A stretch of DNA of 63,970 nucleotides, the filler included, from Welwitschia mirabilis (taxonomy: Eukaryota), in assembly GCA_051453625.1 (NCBI GenBank). It is 5 parts of one record of this genome, joined end to end, with 100 filler letters (N's around TTAATTAATTAA, not from the genome) between each part and the next. Parts side by side here need not be neighbours in the genome. Positions count along the whole stretch, not along the records: positions 1 to 24,718 come from JBOZIK010000001.1; positions 24,819 to 43,341 come from JBOZIK010000001.1; 3 more parts are not named here. One strand, given 5' to 3'. The notes under the pieces were generated by a model. The model did no database searches. It was not told where the DNA came from and saw nothing but the letters and a program-made list of their open reading frames with translations. How positions within the stretch are numbered: position 1 is the first letter of the stretch; every line of letters starts with the position of its first letter. Both the position numbers and the translations under genes were made by a program. Below, one piece after another: positions 24,634 to 37,492 of this stretch.

Positions 24634-24718
24634 TATTGCGCTGCCAACTTAAGTATATTTGATAGTGTATTTTGAGTTGTTTTGCAGATAAACTAACAGA
24701 TAAATGCTCAGTTTCTAT
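24634..24718 (+). mobile_element. 5' end of a Tat-like gypsy LTR, same family as the LTR at 63297
   Basis: tattgcgctgccaacttaagtatatttgatag...gataaatgctcagtttc aligns with 63297-63380; truncated by the scaffold end. Confidence 0.85.
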
Positions 24719-24818
24719 NNNNNNNNNNNNNNNNNNNNNNNNNNNNNNNNNNNNNNNNNNNNTTAATTAATTAANNNNNNNNNNNNNNNNNNNNNNNNNN
24801 NNNNNNNNNNNNNNNNNN
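24719..24818. other. Artificial scaffold-joining spacer
   Basis: N44 + TTAATTAATTAA (24763-24774) + N44. Confidence 0.97.
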
Positions 24819-27800
24819 AAATTAGAATTATTCAACTTCACTACCTATCAACTTGTTATAAGATCAACTATATGATGAAATGTAGAAATATGGTGAATGC
24901 AAGAGACTTCAATTAGTGTTTTCAACACTTATAAATGGGAAGGATGTAAAAGAAAATATAGTGGTAGATGCATCACAAAATTTTTCATAAATGTAAAGGC
25001 CAACAAGTTCTATAATCTTATAAGTAGGTATGAAGAAGTAAAGTTCAACATATTTATGATTGGTCTACATCCAATAATTTAAGATCAAGTCAAATTATTT
25101 CAACAAAAGACAATTATAGAATCCTTAGAGGAGGCCAAATTAATGAAGAATTATGCATCATGAATAAAAATATTAGAGAAAAAAGAAGAATGTCTCAAGA
25201 TATTAAAAGAATGCAACCATGGAAGGAAATTTTCACTCAGAATATAAGTATGATCATAGGAAGAGGTAAAGTAAATATGGCTACAATCAACACTAGAACA
25301 ACATATAAACTTCAAGGAAGAAAGAAGACTTATCCAACTCAAGGAAGTGATAGATTTTTTAAACTTTCAAGAATGATTAATCCTTTGAAATACAACTAAT
25401 TCTTTCAAGGACACGGGACATTCTCTATGTTAGAGAGCTCACTGTGCTATAAATTGCCTTGAAAGGAAGAAACAAGAAGCACCTATAACAAGTGTACAGA
25501 AGATGTCTTCTAGTTAGATCTAGAGGTTGTTTCTATTAAAGTCAGTTGTCCTTCCTCACTTGTTAAAATTTTTTATGAAAGCTTTATTACTTTTAATGAT
25601 AATAATGTATTTAAGAAGAGACGGTGTCATCTTAAGTACTAATACTATGAAGATAGAAGATGATATAGTTATGGTTAAAGATAACATAAATGAATTTGCA
25701 AAGATGAATGAAGAAGAACTAAATTTTTTCTTAAATAAGCGAAAAAAAGTAATTTAAATGATTTAGAAATTAATTTGATTAATGATGTAAGTAGGAATGA
25801 AAAGCCAATTCAAGAAATTAATTCTTTATCTTTACTAAATAAAAACTTTTTAGCACCTAAGGTAGATATAGTTGAAGTTTTTCCTTATTAACATGTAAAG
25901 GCTTTCCTTTATATTATCTTGATATGTTAGAGAGGCATTACTTACATCAAGAGATTAACTCTTTATTCTATCTGATTAGCCTATATTCTATTATCAGTAA
26001 ATCTTTAAATAATCCCTATCTTAAGAAATTCTTATATTAATTAAACTCTTACTTATAGTTACTATTAGCATGCATCTTGTAATCCTTAGCCACATGATAA
26101 ATCTTAACCAGTCAATCCTATTATTATATGATTAAAGTTTTTAATCTTGTTTAGATGGATTATGCACTTCACCCTTATGGCTAGACATTTCTCACTCTCA
26201 ACTAAATCTAAAATCCCTTGTATGCTTATTTGATCTATACTTGCATAGCCTTATTTCATACATTCTCTTCTTGACTTATTAGGCTTTATAATTATATATT
26301 GTACATGTGAGTCATTGAAGTGGAAATTCAACAAGATTACACATGAAGAAGTATCAAGGAAGCTTTAAAAGAAGAAGTGCATAAAAAAGGAGTGTAATAT
26401 GTAAGTGATCTATAATTTTGAAACTTAAGCTTAAGGAATTTCTACATAACAACTTTATAAGTGTGTATCACAATTTAGAGTAAGAGATTGTTATGTTGCC
26501 ATAATTGAGTTGTAATTTTAAAGTTAATGGTTTAAGCACATTTTGCTTTGGTCAATGTAAGAAGATCATCAAGATATTTTGGATTATGAAATTAAATGGT
26601 TTAACTTNNNNNNNNNNTTATTAAACTATTTTTCTTAGAAATTCCTTCCATGAGAGATGCTATTTCATAAATGTTTCCCTAATTAAGTGATTATTATAAC
26701 CCTAGAAAGTGGAAAAATATTAGAAGTTTATAAATAACAAAGGATTTGTGTAAATTTTAAAATCAATATGCCATGAAGTAAGCATTGCAATGAAGGTGAT
26801 TAGGCATCTCACTTAACATAAAGAAAAGTTATATAAATCCTAAGATTGATGATATCATTGTCCTTAAATAAGCTATGTAAATTTACTTATTAAAGAACAA
26901 TAGTATAAAGCTAAGGACTATCTATACCAACTACTTCCAATCTGAATGCATCTAAGAAGAAACTATCAATATGAACTTTGTAGTAAGTTTATATTGANNN
27001 NNNNNNNNNNNNNNNNNNNNNNNNNNNNNNNNNNNNNNNNNNNNNNNNNNNNNNNNNNNNNNNNNNNNNNNNNNNNNNNNNNNNNNNNNNNNNNNNNCTT
27101 ATTAAAGGACAATAGTATAAAGCTAAGGACTAGCTATACCAACTGCTTCCAATATGAATGCACCTAAGAAGAAACTATCAATATGAACTTTGTAGTAAGT
27201 TTATCAAAATGAAGGAGGTGGAGTATGACTTTATATTTTGCTGTTAATTACTTAGTAAGATTTCATGATCCATATGTGTATGAAGATATCAATTATAGTT
27301 TAAATTACAAAATTAATCTTTAGGAAGATTATGAAGATCTATATGTCTATAAAGGTAACTTTTAATACATTTTATGAAAAATATTTTAAAGATTAATATA
27401 ATATAACCAATCTATAAAAGTAATAACTTGGAACACAAAAGTAGATATTAATTAGTGGAGACTTGATCTCTTAGCAAGTTTTGAGGAAAACACTTCTTAA
27501 GGAGTTGAGAAATGTTACATCCATATTTTGACATCTTTTTTTAAAATCATAAAGATTAAGTTTAATGAAATATTTAAAATATTAATTATTTTAAAATCTT
27601 CATCTGATATAAAGATTATTTTTCTGAGATGAAATTATATTAAATTTTGCCTTAATTTCCTTTTATCTTGATTAAAAATATTACTTATAATTTTCAAGAA
27701 TGTTCTTGCAATGGTGATAATTTCATGTATTTTTATCTTACTGCACTTTCCTAGAAGTTATGCATGTTTAAATGTTATTTGTGAAGGCTTCTTTTTCTTC

Positions 27801-30800
27801 CTCATTATTATTATTATGATTAAATGTGAAACATCCTTTTTATATTATTAAAGCACCTAGTAGCTAGGCAAGCCTTTATAAGACATTATTTAACCCCTCT
27901 TTATCATTGGATCATGTTGTGTCCTTTTGTATTCTTAAGTTTTATCACCTTACTCACATTCTCTCACTTTAAATAGAGTCATTTTTTCCTTCAATTCTAG
28001 TTTTTTTTTTTTAGAAACAACCTTGACTTGAAATCTTAGAGCTTAGGAGTTCTAAGAGCTTTGGAAACTTGGAATATCTTCAAAAAGATTGAACATATAG
28101 GGTATGGTTCTATTCTTTTTGCTTCCTTGTTTATCCTTTTTATGCATTCCATTATTGAGATTCTCATGTTTAGATTCCTATAATATGAATGTTTAATTAT
28201 GTGAAACTTGATAAAAATAAAATCAGTTTTATTACATGTCTTATCCCCATTCACCTTTCATGCTTAATGTCTTGATGTTATTTATTCTTAATATGAGTTG
28301 AGAGATCATGATTAAACCTTATCCTATTTATCTTATCATTGTGCTATTTGAAATATATGATTATGAATTAATAGCTTATGGTTAAATCTTATCATATTTT
28401 TCTTATCATAATTATGTCTTAAACTTATGATTATGAATTTTTACAAATTGTCAAATGAGATAGTGGACTTCAATAGATCACTAAATGAGGTAGTAAAGTG
28501 AGAATTCCATAGATCACCAAATAAGAAAATCGGGATATTATATTTATCATAGATCGCTGAATGAAACAGTGGGCTTCATAGATCACCAAATGAAGCAGTG
28601 AAGTTAATGATATATGAGATTTTATATATACATATATATTTTTATAAGAATCACAGATTACCAAATGAGGAAGTGGCCTTTGCAAATCATCAAATGAGGT
28701 ACTGATGTTAAATATAGAAAATTATATGAGAATAATAGATCGTTAAATGTAGCAGTGGGCTTCACAAATCACCGAAGAGGCAGTGAAATAATTGAGCCAT
28801 TTTTAAATATATAATGATTATTCTTGTTCATAACCATAAGGTCAATTTTTGTGATTTATCATGTCCCTTAGATTCTTTACTTGTTTTTCATATCTTAACT
28901 CTCAAAAATCCTTATCTATCTTACCTAGTCATGCTAGAACCATATTTAGAGCTATGAGATTTTCATAGTTTTCATCCCATGATTTTGTGTAATAGGTGGA
29001 AAATCTAGACTATAATTGTTGTTGTGGGCAATGGAATATGAAGGATTAATGTCTAGTATTATTGGAAAATTTTGTTAAATGATCTTTTATTTCTTTACTA
29101 ATCCTGAAGTATTTGTTATAATATGTATGAGATTTGAGAACATGATATACTTTTCTAGAATAATGTTTTCTTGAATGATTTGAAGAATTAAACTCCATTT
29201 TATTATGTGTGTGCTTTATAGTCTATGAATTTTTATCAGTTGAGATGTCAAACATTGTATTATGGAAAATACTATTGAAATATAAAAATTTAATTGTTCT
29301 TTGTGCTTGTCTTGATGATTTGTATTGAGAAGCTTGAAATCTTTAGTTATATTAATTACCTCAAAATTTTATTAAATGTCAACTATGAATATATTTTTTT
29401 GAATTATTTTCCATAAATTTTGAAGTTGATAATATATTTTATGCACCACCTACAATCCTTTTTGAAAAGTATTAGCCTAATCATGAGTATTAATTTGGAA
29501 ATTATGCCTTTGATTATAGAGTTGATGACCATTTATTAATCATTGATTTATAATTACATTACAACTAGTACATTGAAGTTACATAAAGAAAAAATATAAT
29601 GTAATTATTTAAGTAGAAAGGGTTATATTAAAATCATTTAGTACCATAGAACAATAATAATTAGCATTTATTTCTATACCTCAGTTTGAAAATTTTCATG
29701 AAATTTTTAGTTAAAATATGAGTATAGGATGTTATGCCTTAAAATAAATATTAAAATTCATTTACCTCTACCTTCTGGAATATTTAAATCTATCATAATT
29801 AATTTTAGGTAGTACATGTATAATTATTTAATTATTATAAGATTTAGGAAAGGGACCAACCATAAAAAAGTTATTAATGAAATTGAAAGGTCTAGCACAT
29901 GGTGTGACTTGAACCTCTAACCAATCAAGTTACTAATATAATATATTACCACTACACTATCCATTCTTACTGGTAATGGACTATCTTACTATTATTAATT
30001 GTCCAGTGAACATAGCATTTGAATTATTCTATAAAGTAACTCCATCATTCTCTTTTAGCTAAACTTGTGAATACCCTATGCAAGGCGAGGGAGAAATAGA
30101 TGTAGTCAAAGAAAAATAAAACCTTTAATACTAGGTAGTAATAAAAGAGGTACAGTAATTAATAGAGCATTATCTAATTTTTTAGAACTACTCCCCTAAA
30201 GAAGACGCATCTAATATGCTTCAAATGTAGGCTTTATGCTTTAAACTTTAATTATTATATGCATTACTTTGGAGAGGAGTTTAGGTGATTGAATTAAGTG
30301 TTTTAAATTTTATTTCAACTCCACAAAATAATCATTTACTTGTCTTTCCTCTGTTGTATCAATATAAGGTAAAACTCTATCTCATATCATGTCTTGTTTG
30401 CACATCTTCCTTTCTTTCTATTGCAGTGCATATCTTCCCTCCCATGCGTCTCTCCTCCTATGTAGCGAGACTCTCTCTTTGTCATGCCTTTCCAGGATAT
30501 TCTTTCTTATTTCACAAATCTCTCTTACCCTGTGTTCTTTTTTTTTCTATGTGTTGTAGGTCCACCCTTTCCTCCATCTTTAATGCCTTGCATTCATAAA
30601 TTACTTGGGTGATATTTGGCTTGAGTATTCTACTTTCCCACTTCTATGCTATCCTCTGTCCTCTTGCATGTTGCTATGTTTTGTGTGCTATTCATTTTTT
30701 CAATTTGTACCATCTCATGTGTGCCATTGATTTTAGCTTGGATGTTTTCCCTTCATAAACTATTTAATCTTTCATCATCACATCAACTTGCTGCTCATGC

Positions 30801-31978
30801 CTATACTTCCCTCCTTTTTTTGCATTTCATTTTCTTTGTAGTTTGTTATGAGATGCTTTCTTCTTTGCTAGTTGATGCACACCTTTTCACATGGCATTTT
30901 CTTTCTTGTGTAACATGTGTAAAATAACTTACATTCCCATTTGAAGGTTAATGACTTCTTATGTCAACTATCACAATATCTTATTTGGTCATTACAAGGA
31001 AGTTAAGGTGAAAAGCTAGAAGTCATAGGTTTAAATATGAGGGTGAACATTTGTTTTAGGGTTATGCTTATTTTCATAAATCATACCTCCAATTCTTTAC
31101 TCAACCCATTTAAAAACTTGTCAATGCAATTTTTCCTTACGCTAATAACCTCTAAAGAGTAAATAAAATATTATCTAAATATTAATATATATCTAGATTA
31201 AGGTGTTCCTTTGACATCATATATGGACATTATTTCCAATATATATATATATATATATGTATATCATGGTATTAAAGGTACACCCTAAATCTAGATCATA
31301 ATTTAATATAAACTATAGCTAATAATCTTGACTAGGAAAATTGGGAATTTAAAATAAACATATTTAANNNNNNNNNNTAATATATATCTAGATCAAGGTG
31401 TTCCTTTGACATCATATATGGACATTATTTCCAATATATATATGGTATTAGAGGTACACCCTAAATCTAGATCATAATTTAATATAAACTATAGCTGATA
31501 ATCTTGACTAGGAAAATTGGGAATTTAACATAGACATATTTAAATGGTAAGTAACATTATCCTATTCAAGGAAAACTTTATCCTATTTTCAATTTAGATC
31601 TTAATTTAAAGTTTATATTATTTCCTAGTGTAAGCTTATTATAATTTTAACAATTCTCTTATATGTATCCTTGGATAATTATTGAGTAGACTAGTCTTAT
31701 ACCTAGTCTTAACATTAAACATTATTTAAGAAACTTATTTAAACCAATAAAACTATAAGCCCTAAGTTTATAATGAATCATTATTAAAAGAATCATGCAT
31801 TTATCCAACCTTGCCAAGAAGATTATGAAGTTAATATTTTTAGGATTGTATGTCACTATGTTCAATTTGGTAGTAGAGCTAATTAAAGTTTCTAAGTTCA
31901 ACAACTAGGTCATTACCTTTTGGTATCAGAGTATCAAAGTTTGAGGATTATTAACTATAGAATTTTTATGGTATTATA
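24819..31978 (+). mobile_element. Non-autonomous Tekay/Del-like element: gag remnant, non-coding interior, PPT, long 3' LTR
   Basis: gag-like KWEGCKRKYSGRCITKFFINVKANKFYNL; 24819-27512 is colinear with 38590-40988; PPT ttgaggaaaacacttcttaaggagttgagaaa then LTR start tgttacatcc at 27513. LTR homology is clear to ~29400; the 3' end at ~31978 (ggtattata after a PBS-like copy at 31921) is tentative. Confidence 0.75.
28455..28790 (+). repeat. LTR-internal tandem repeat (core ttcacagatcac(c/t)gaatgaggcagtg, ~30-45 bp period)
   Basis: About 8-9 degenerate copies; same array at 34310-34765 and 42305-43200. Confidence 0.9.
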
Positions 31979-31989
31979 CTATAGGATTT

Positions 31990-32955
31990 ACTTTTCAAAG
32001 AGTATATAATCAAAATACAATGCATACCTTTAGGCTGGAATTTACCCAAATTCTTATCATCCGAAATAATACATCTACTACCAAAGATACTAAAATACTT
32101 TACCAGTGGCTTCTTACCATTCCATAGTTTATAAGAGATGCTTCAAGTACCAGCCCTTGGAAAGATCCTATTAGATATTTANNNNNNNNNNNNNNNNNNN
32201 NNNNNNNNNNNNNNNNNNNNNNNNNNNNNNNNNNNNNNNNNNNNNNNNNNNNNNNNNNNNNNNNNNNNNNNNNNNNNNNNNNNNNNNNNNNNNNNNNNNN
32301 NNNNNNNNNNNNNNNNNNNNNNNNNAAATATTCCATAGTTATTGCAAAAATTAATAAAATTTTCATTTTCAAACTCACCTCCACTATCAAACCTAATTTT
32401 TTTAATGGTGAGGCCCTTTCCATTTTGAATTTTTTTGCAAAGATTATAAAACTTATCAAAAGTATTAGATTTAGAATGCAAAAACTTAACCCAAGTATAA
32501 TGAGTAAAGTCATCAACCACCACCATAAAATATCTCTTACCACATAGACTTTAAACTTTTATAGACCCTACTAAATTTAATTGCAACATATCTAGAGGCT
32601 CATATAAAGATATCTCAGGCTTGGATTTAAAAGAAGTTTTCATGATTTTTTCTANNNNNNNNNNNNNNNNNNNNNNNNNNNNNNNNNNNNNNNNNNNNNN
32701 NNNNNNNNNNNNNNNNNNNNNNNNNNNNNNNNNNNNNNNNNNNNNNNNNNNNNNGTCATTAATAACCACCATAAAATATCTCTTACCACTTAAACTTTGA
32801 ACTTTTTGTAGGTCCTACTAAGTCTAGATGCAACATATCTAGAGGCCTTTTTGAGGATATCTTAAGCTTAGGTTTAAAAAAGGATTTCATGATTTTTTCT
32901 ACTTGACAATTTTCACATAAGATAGAATTGGAAAAGATAATCTTGGGTAACCAAC
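31990..32955 (-). mobile_element. SIRE-like Ty1/copia integrase remnant
   Basis: LCENCQVEKIMK.FKPK...PLDMLHLDLVGP; VVVDDFTHYTWVKFLHSKS...IQNGKGLTIKKIRFDSGGEFENENFINFCNNYGI; YFSIFGSRC...KNLGKF. Cut at 32956 by a Tekay LTR. Confidence 0.92.
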
Positions 32956-35779
32956 TGTCATGTTCACATTTTTACTTTTCTTTAAAAAATACAAAGTTTA
33001 TGTTTAATGAAATATTTAGAAAACATTGAATTACTTAAAACCTTCAATTATTTTAATTGTCATGTTCTTGAGATGTAGTCTTATTAAATTATAGTATAAG
33101 TACCCTTGGTTAAATGTTGGCATACAATTTTCAAATTCTTTTATGGTGGAAATGATTTCTTTTATTTACTCATGTATTTTTTTATAGAAATTTTTATTAA
33201 TTAAATGTATNNNNNNNNNNNNNNNNNNNNNNNNNNNNNNNNNNNNNNNNNNNNNNNNTCATTATCTTTACTTATGTTATTAAAAGAACTAGGTGGTTAG
33301 GCAATCTAGTATGATACATTTTGTAACCCCCTCTTAATTATCACTTCATGTTGTGTCCTTTTGTATTCTTGAGTTTTATCATCTTATCCATGTTCTCTCA
33401 TCGTAAATAGAATCCTTCCTTTCTCAAGTCTAGTTTATTTTCCAAAAAAATCTTCTCATGAAATCTTAGAATCTTAAGAGGCTTAAAAGCTCTGAAATAC
33501 TTGGAAGGTCTTCGAATAATGAACTTACAGTTATGATTCTATACTTTTGTACTTCCTTATTGGTCCTTTATTGTGCATTTCATTATTCAAATCATCATGT
33601 TTATATTTTTGTAAGTTTGATGTTAATCCATGTGATGCTTAATAAGATAAATTCTATTTTGATACATGTCTTGTCTCCATTTACCCTTTTGCTTGATGGC
33701 TTAACATTANNNNNNNNNNNNNNNNNNNNNNNNNNNNNNNNNNNNNNNNNNNNNNNNNNNNNNNNNNNNNNNNNNNNNNNNNNNTTAATTGTCACTTCAT
33801 GTTATGTCCTTTTGTAGCCTTGAGTTTTATCATCTTACTCATGTTCTCTCATCTTAAATAGAATCCTTCCTTTCTCAAGTCTAGTTTATTTTCCAAAACA
33901 ATCTTCTCATGAAATCTTAGAATCTTAAGAGGTTTAGAAGCTCTGAAATACTTGGAAGGTCTTCGAATAATGAACTTACAGGTATGATTCTATACTTTTG
34001 TACTTCCTTGTTGGTCCTTTATTGTGCATTTCATTATTCAATTCATCATGTTTATATTTTTGTAAGTTTGATGTTAATTTATGTGATGCTTAATTAGATA
34101 AATTCTATTTTGATACATGTCTTGTCTCCATTTACCCTTTTGCTTGATGGCTTAACATTATCTATTTTTGATATGAGATGATTATTCATGATTAATCTTT
34201 ATCATATTCATCTTGTTATCTTACTGTTGAAATCTATGTCAAAGTATATATTGTGATCAAAACTATCTTAGTTTCTTGATATCATTTATTGAACTTATGA
34301 TTATGGATTTCCACAGACCATGAAATAAGGCAGTGAACTTTACTAATTACAAAATGAGGTAGTGAAGGGAGAATTTCACAGATTACTGANNNNNNNNNNN
34401 NNNNNNNNNNNNNNNNNNNNNNNNNNNNNNNNNNNNNNNNNNNNNNNNNNNNNNNNNNNNNNNNNNNNNNNNNNNNNNNNNNNNNNNNNAACCTATCTTA
34501 GTTTCTTGATATCATTTATTGAACTGATGATTATGGATTTCCACAGATCACTAAATAAGGCAGTGAACTTTACTAATTGCAAAATGAGGTAGTGAAGAGA
34601 GAATTCCACAGATTACTAAATGAGGCAATGGGGATGTTATATTTACCACAGATCGCTGAATGAGGTAGTAAGCTTCACAAATCATCGAATGAGGTAGTAA
34701 AGTTAATTATAATTAAAATTTTATATATATATATATATTATGAGAATTACATATCAATAAATGANNNNNNNNNNNNNNNNNNNNNNNNNNNNNNNNNNNN
34801 NNNNNNNNNNNNNNNNNNNNNNNNNNNNNNNNNNNNNNNNNNNNNNNNNNNNNNNNNNNNNNNNNNNNNNNNNNNNTTCTCAATCATAAACATGAGGTCG
34901 GTGTATATAATATATCTTTATTTTTTTTAAGTCTTGATTGTCTTTTCTATCTTAATTCTTAAAGATTCTTACCAAATTACCTATTCATACCTGGACCATA
35001 TTTGGGTATATGAGATTTTCATAGTTTTCATCCCATACCTTTGTAACAGGTGATAAATCTAAAGTCTAATTACTAAGATCAACATAAGTTCATAAATGAT
35101 TTTTGAATCTATATTGGTGGAAAAATCTTCTAATTAATTGTATCTTTTTTTGACTATTTGGAGTTAAATATCTGAATACATAAACATTCAATATGTTATC
35201 TATTATTGTGATGAGAGACAAACACTATTTATTCATAAGTGTATGGCTTGCATAGTTGAAGTATATTTTGAATATTTATATTACACAGGATAGTGATTAT
35301 CCTTCTTGGAAATTTAGCAATAAAATTTATTTATTGGAGGTCATATTTTCTACCTATTACCTGATGAAATTTATGAAAATTTTGAATCTTTTCCCATGTA
35401 TTTATGAAATATTATATTGAATATTGAATTAAAAATTGTGTATTCTTGAGAATCTTCTTGGAATAAACCTGAATTTGTGCATTATTATTATTATTATATA
35501 TTTGGAAAATTTTTGTAAGATTTCATGATAAGTTGATGTTTTCTTAAATCTTTTAGAAGTTTTATTAATGTATCTTTGATAAATTTTCTTTTAAAATTTG
35601 GACGAGAGACTTTCCCTCTATCTCAAAGGAATTTAAATCCCAAGAAAAAGAAGTTACTTTTCCGCTTGAAATTTATTAAAGTTTGTAAGATTGGATAGTA
35701 AAGAAGACCCTCTAAATTTAATTTAAGGTTTTAAAGGTTATATTTTATGAGAAAGAGGGGAAAGTAATTAGCAAAGATT

Positions 35780-36880
35780 GAGGGCCAATGCACTCATAGA
35801 GGAATTTGAGCCACCACCTTTTCTCTTCTTAGTAATTGTCCTCTACCATTACTCCATTGAGGAACCATTGAATATGGAATTTTATCCTTATCATTTAATC
35901 TATACATTGGATTCATTTATGAGGAATTTCCAATGTTTAACTATGTTAAATGTAGAAGAAATTTAAAAGGCAAATGCTAATTTTCTCACAAGTTAGGGAT
36001 AAGAAGACATACAGATCAACATTGAGAGATTTTATATAGAGATGCATTTGTTTAGGCATATTTTACTTTCTTGAATTGGCATTAAGATTGAAGCAAGTTG
36101 TTTCTAGTATTACAAACCTAAAAATGCAATCTAAAGAAGCAGATGTAGAACATGTCAAATTAGGAAATGGTTAGTTGATTAGACATTGTGCTTAGGCCGA
36201 TCACTATCTTTAATAGGTGGGTAATAAATTCATAGTTTGAAATTAAGATTAATAAAAAACTAAGCATTTTTTTCTGGAGCTAATTATAACATAAATTATC
36301 TCTCTTACATCACTGCTCCCCTCTCCACATTGCCTGAAGTATAGGCATTTAATAGATAGCTTTTCATATAATTTCTATGCCATTCTTGTTTTGGTGTTTG
36401 ATAGTAATGTAATTTTGAGTGGGCAGTCAAGGTGAAGTTACCTTTTAATCCTTCAATTAATTTTATAATGCCCTCTATTGAAACACTCCTCTCTTAATTG
36501 GGTGAACCAAGCATTATTCTGGCTTAATGCATTTGTCAAAACACCCTATAACTAGTGTGCTTCTTTAATGTCTATACTTCTTCATCTGTTGTTTCTTTTT
36601 CTAGATGCTTCTTAGAATTCTTATTTCCTCTAAATCTTGAAGGCATTGGGTATCTGAAATGTCTCTTACATTAGAAGCTCAATCATCTCCTCCCTTCCAG
36701 ATCTACATAAAACAGACTAGATGATCATTTTCCATTGATTATATCTTGTGCCCAAAAAAAAGAGTTTTCTTTTCTTTTTGCCAAGAAGGATTTCCTATCC
36801 ATAGATTGCAGACTATATCCCTATAATACATTATTAATTAGAGATCCAAATCCTTCTAAGACCTCCATCATTGAATCAAT
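35780..36880 (-). mobile_element. Degenerate L1-like LINE (ORF1 DUF4283/zf-CCHC-like region plus ORF2 3' piece)
   Basis: Minus strand SMENDHLVCF (~36735), LHLDCPLKI...KLYEKLSIKCLYFRQCG (~36437-36325) and W*RTITKKRKGGGSN (~35850-35805). Confidence 0.55.
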
Positions 36881-37413
36881 CATTGTAATGTTTTCTCTCT
36901 CTTACTCTAAGTTAGTGAGAAAATGGCTTTATAGATTAGAAACATCCTATGTTAACCGCTAAAAATATGTCTCACTTAAGTGCATTTAAATTAGGTTTTC
37001 TAATTCTAATTCATTCAAAATCTAATTCCACTAAAATATTTGAGAATAAATAAGGGGACATTGTGGAAATAGAAGTAAAATCTCTTACACATCTTAGTTC
37101 ATTGTTATTATGATCCATTTTTATTATGCTTCTGTTCTTCCATATGCTTGTGTCCCTCCCTTCTCTTCTATGTACCACTTCTTGTTTGAAATATAGCTAG
37201 GTCGATTATCTACATTTGTCCATTTCGTTTCTTCTCATTTGGTGTTCTATGCTTGTTGATTATTCTTCTTTCTATGATTTGGTTTCACGAATGATCCCCA
37301 TTTACATGGAGTATGAACAATTGGATATCTTGGATCTTTAAGTAGTAATTTACAATTTTTCTTCTTATCTATTATTCCTTCCTATTGAGCAACTCTATAC
37401 ACCCCCAATTGTG

Positions 37414-37416
<3 letters not shown>

Positions 37417-37475
<59 letters not shown>

Positions 37476-37492
37476 TGTGTGTGTGTGTGTGT
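37417..37492. repeat. (GT)n microsatellite abutting a gap
   Basis: Near-perfect GT run. Confidence 0.98.

Noticed and set aside
28455-28790. Repeat-spacer-like array resembling CRISPR
   Set aside because: Plant LTR context, degenerate repeats, spacers irregular and shared between LTR copies, no cas genes.
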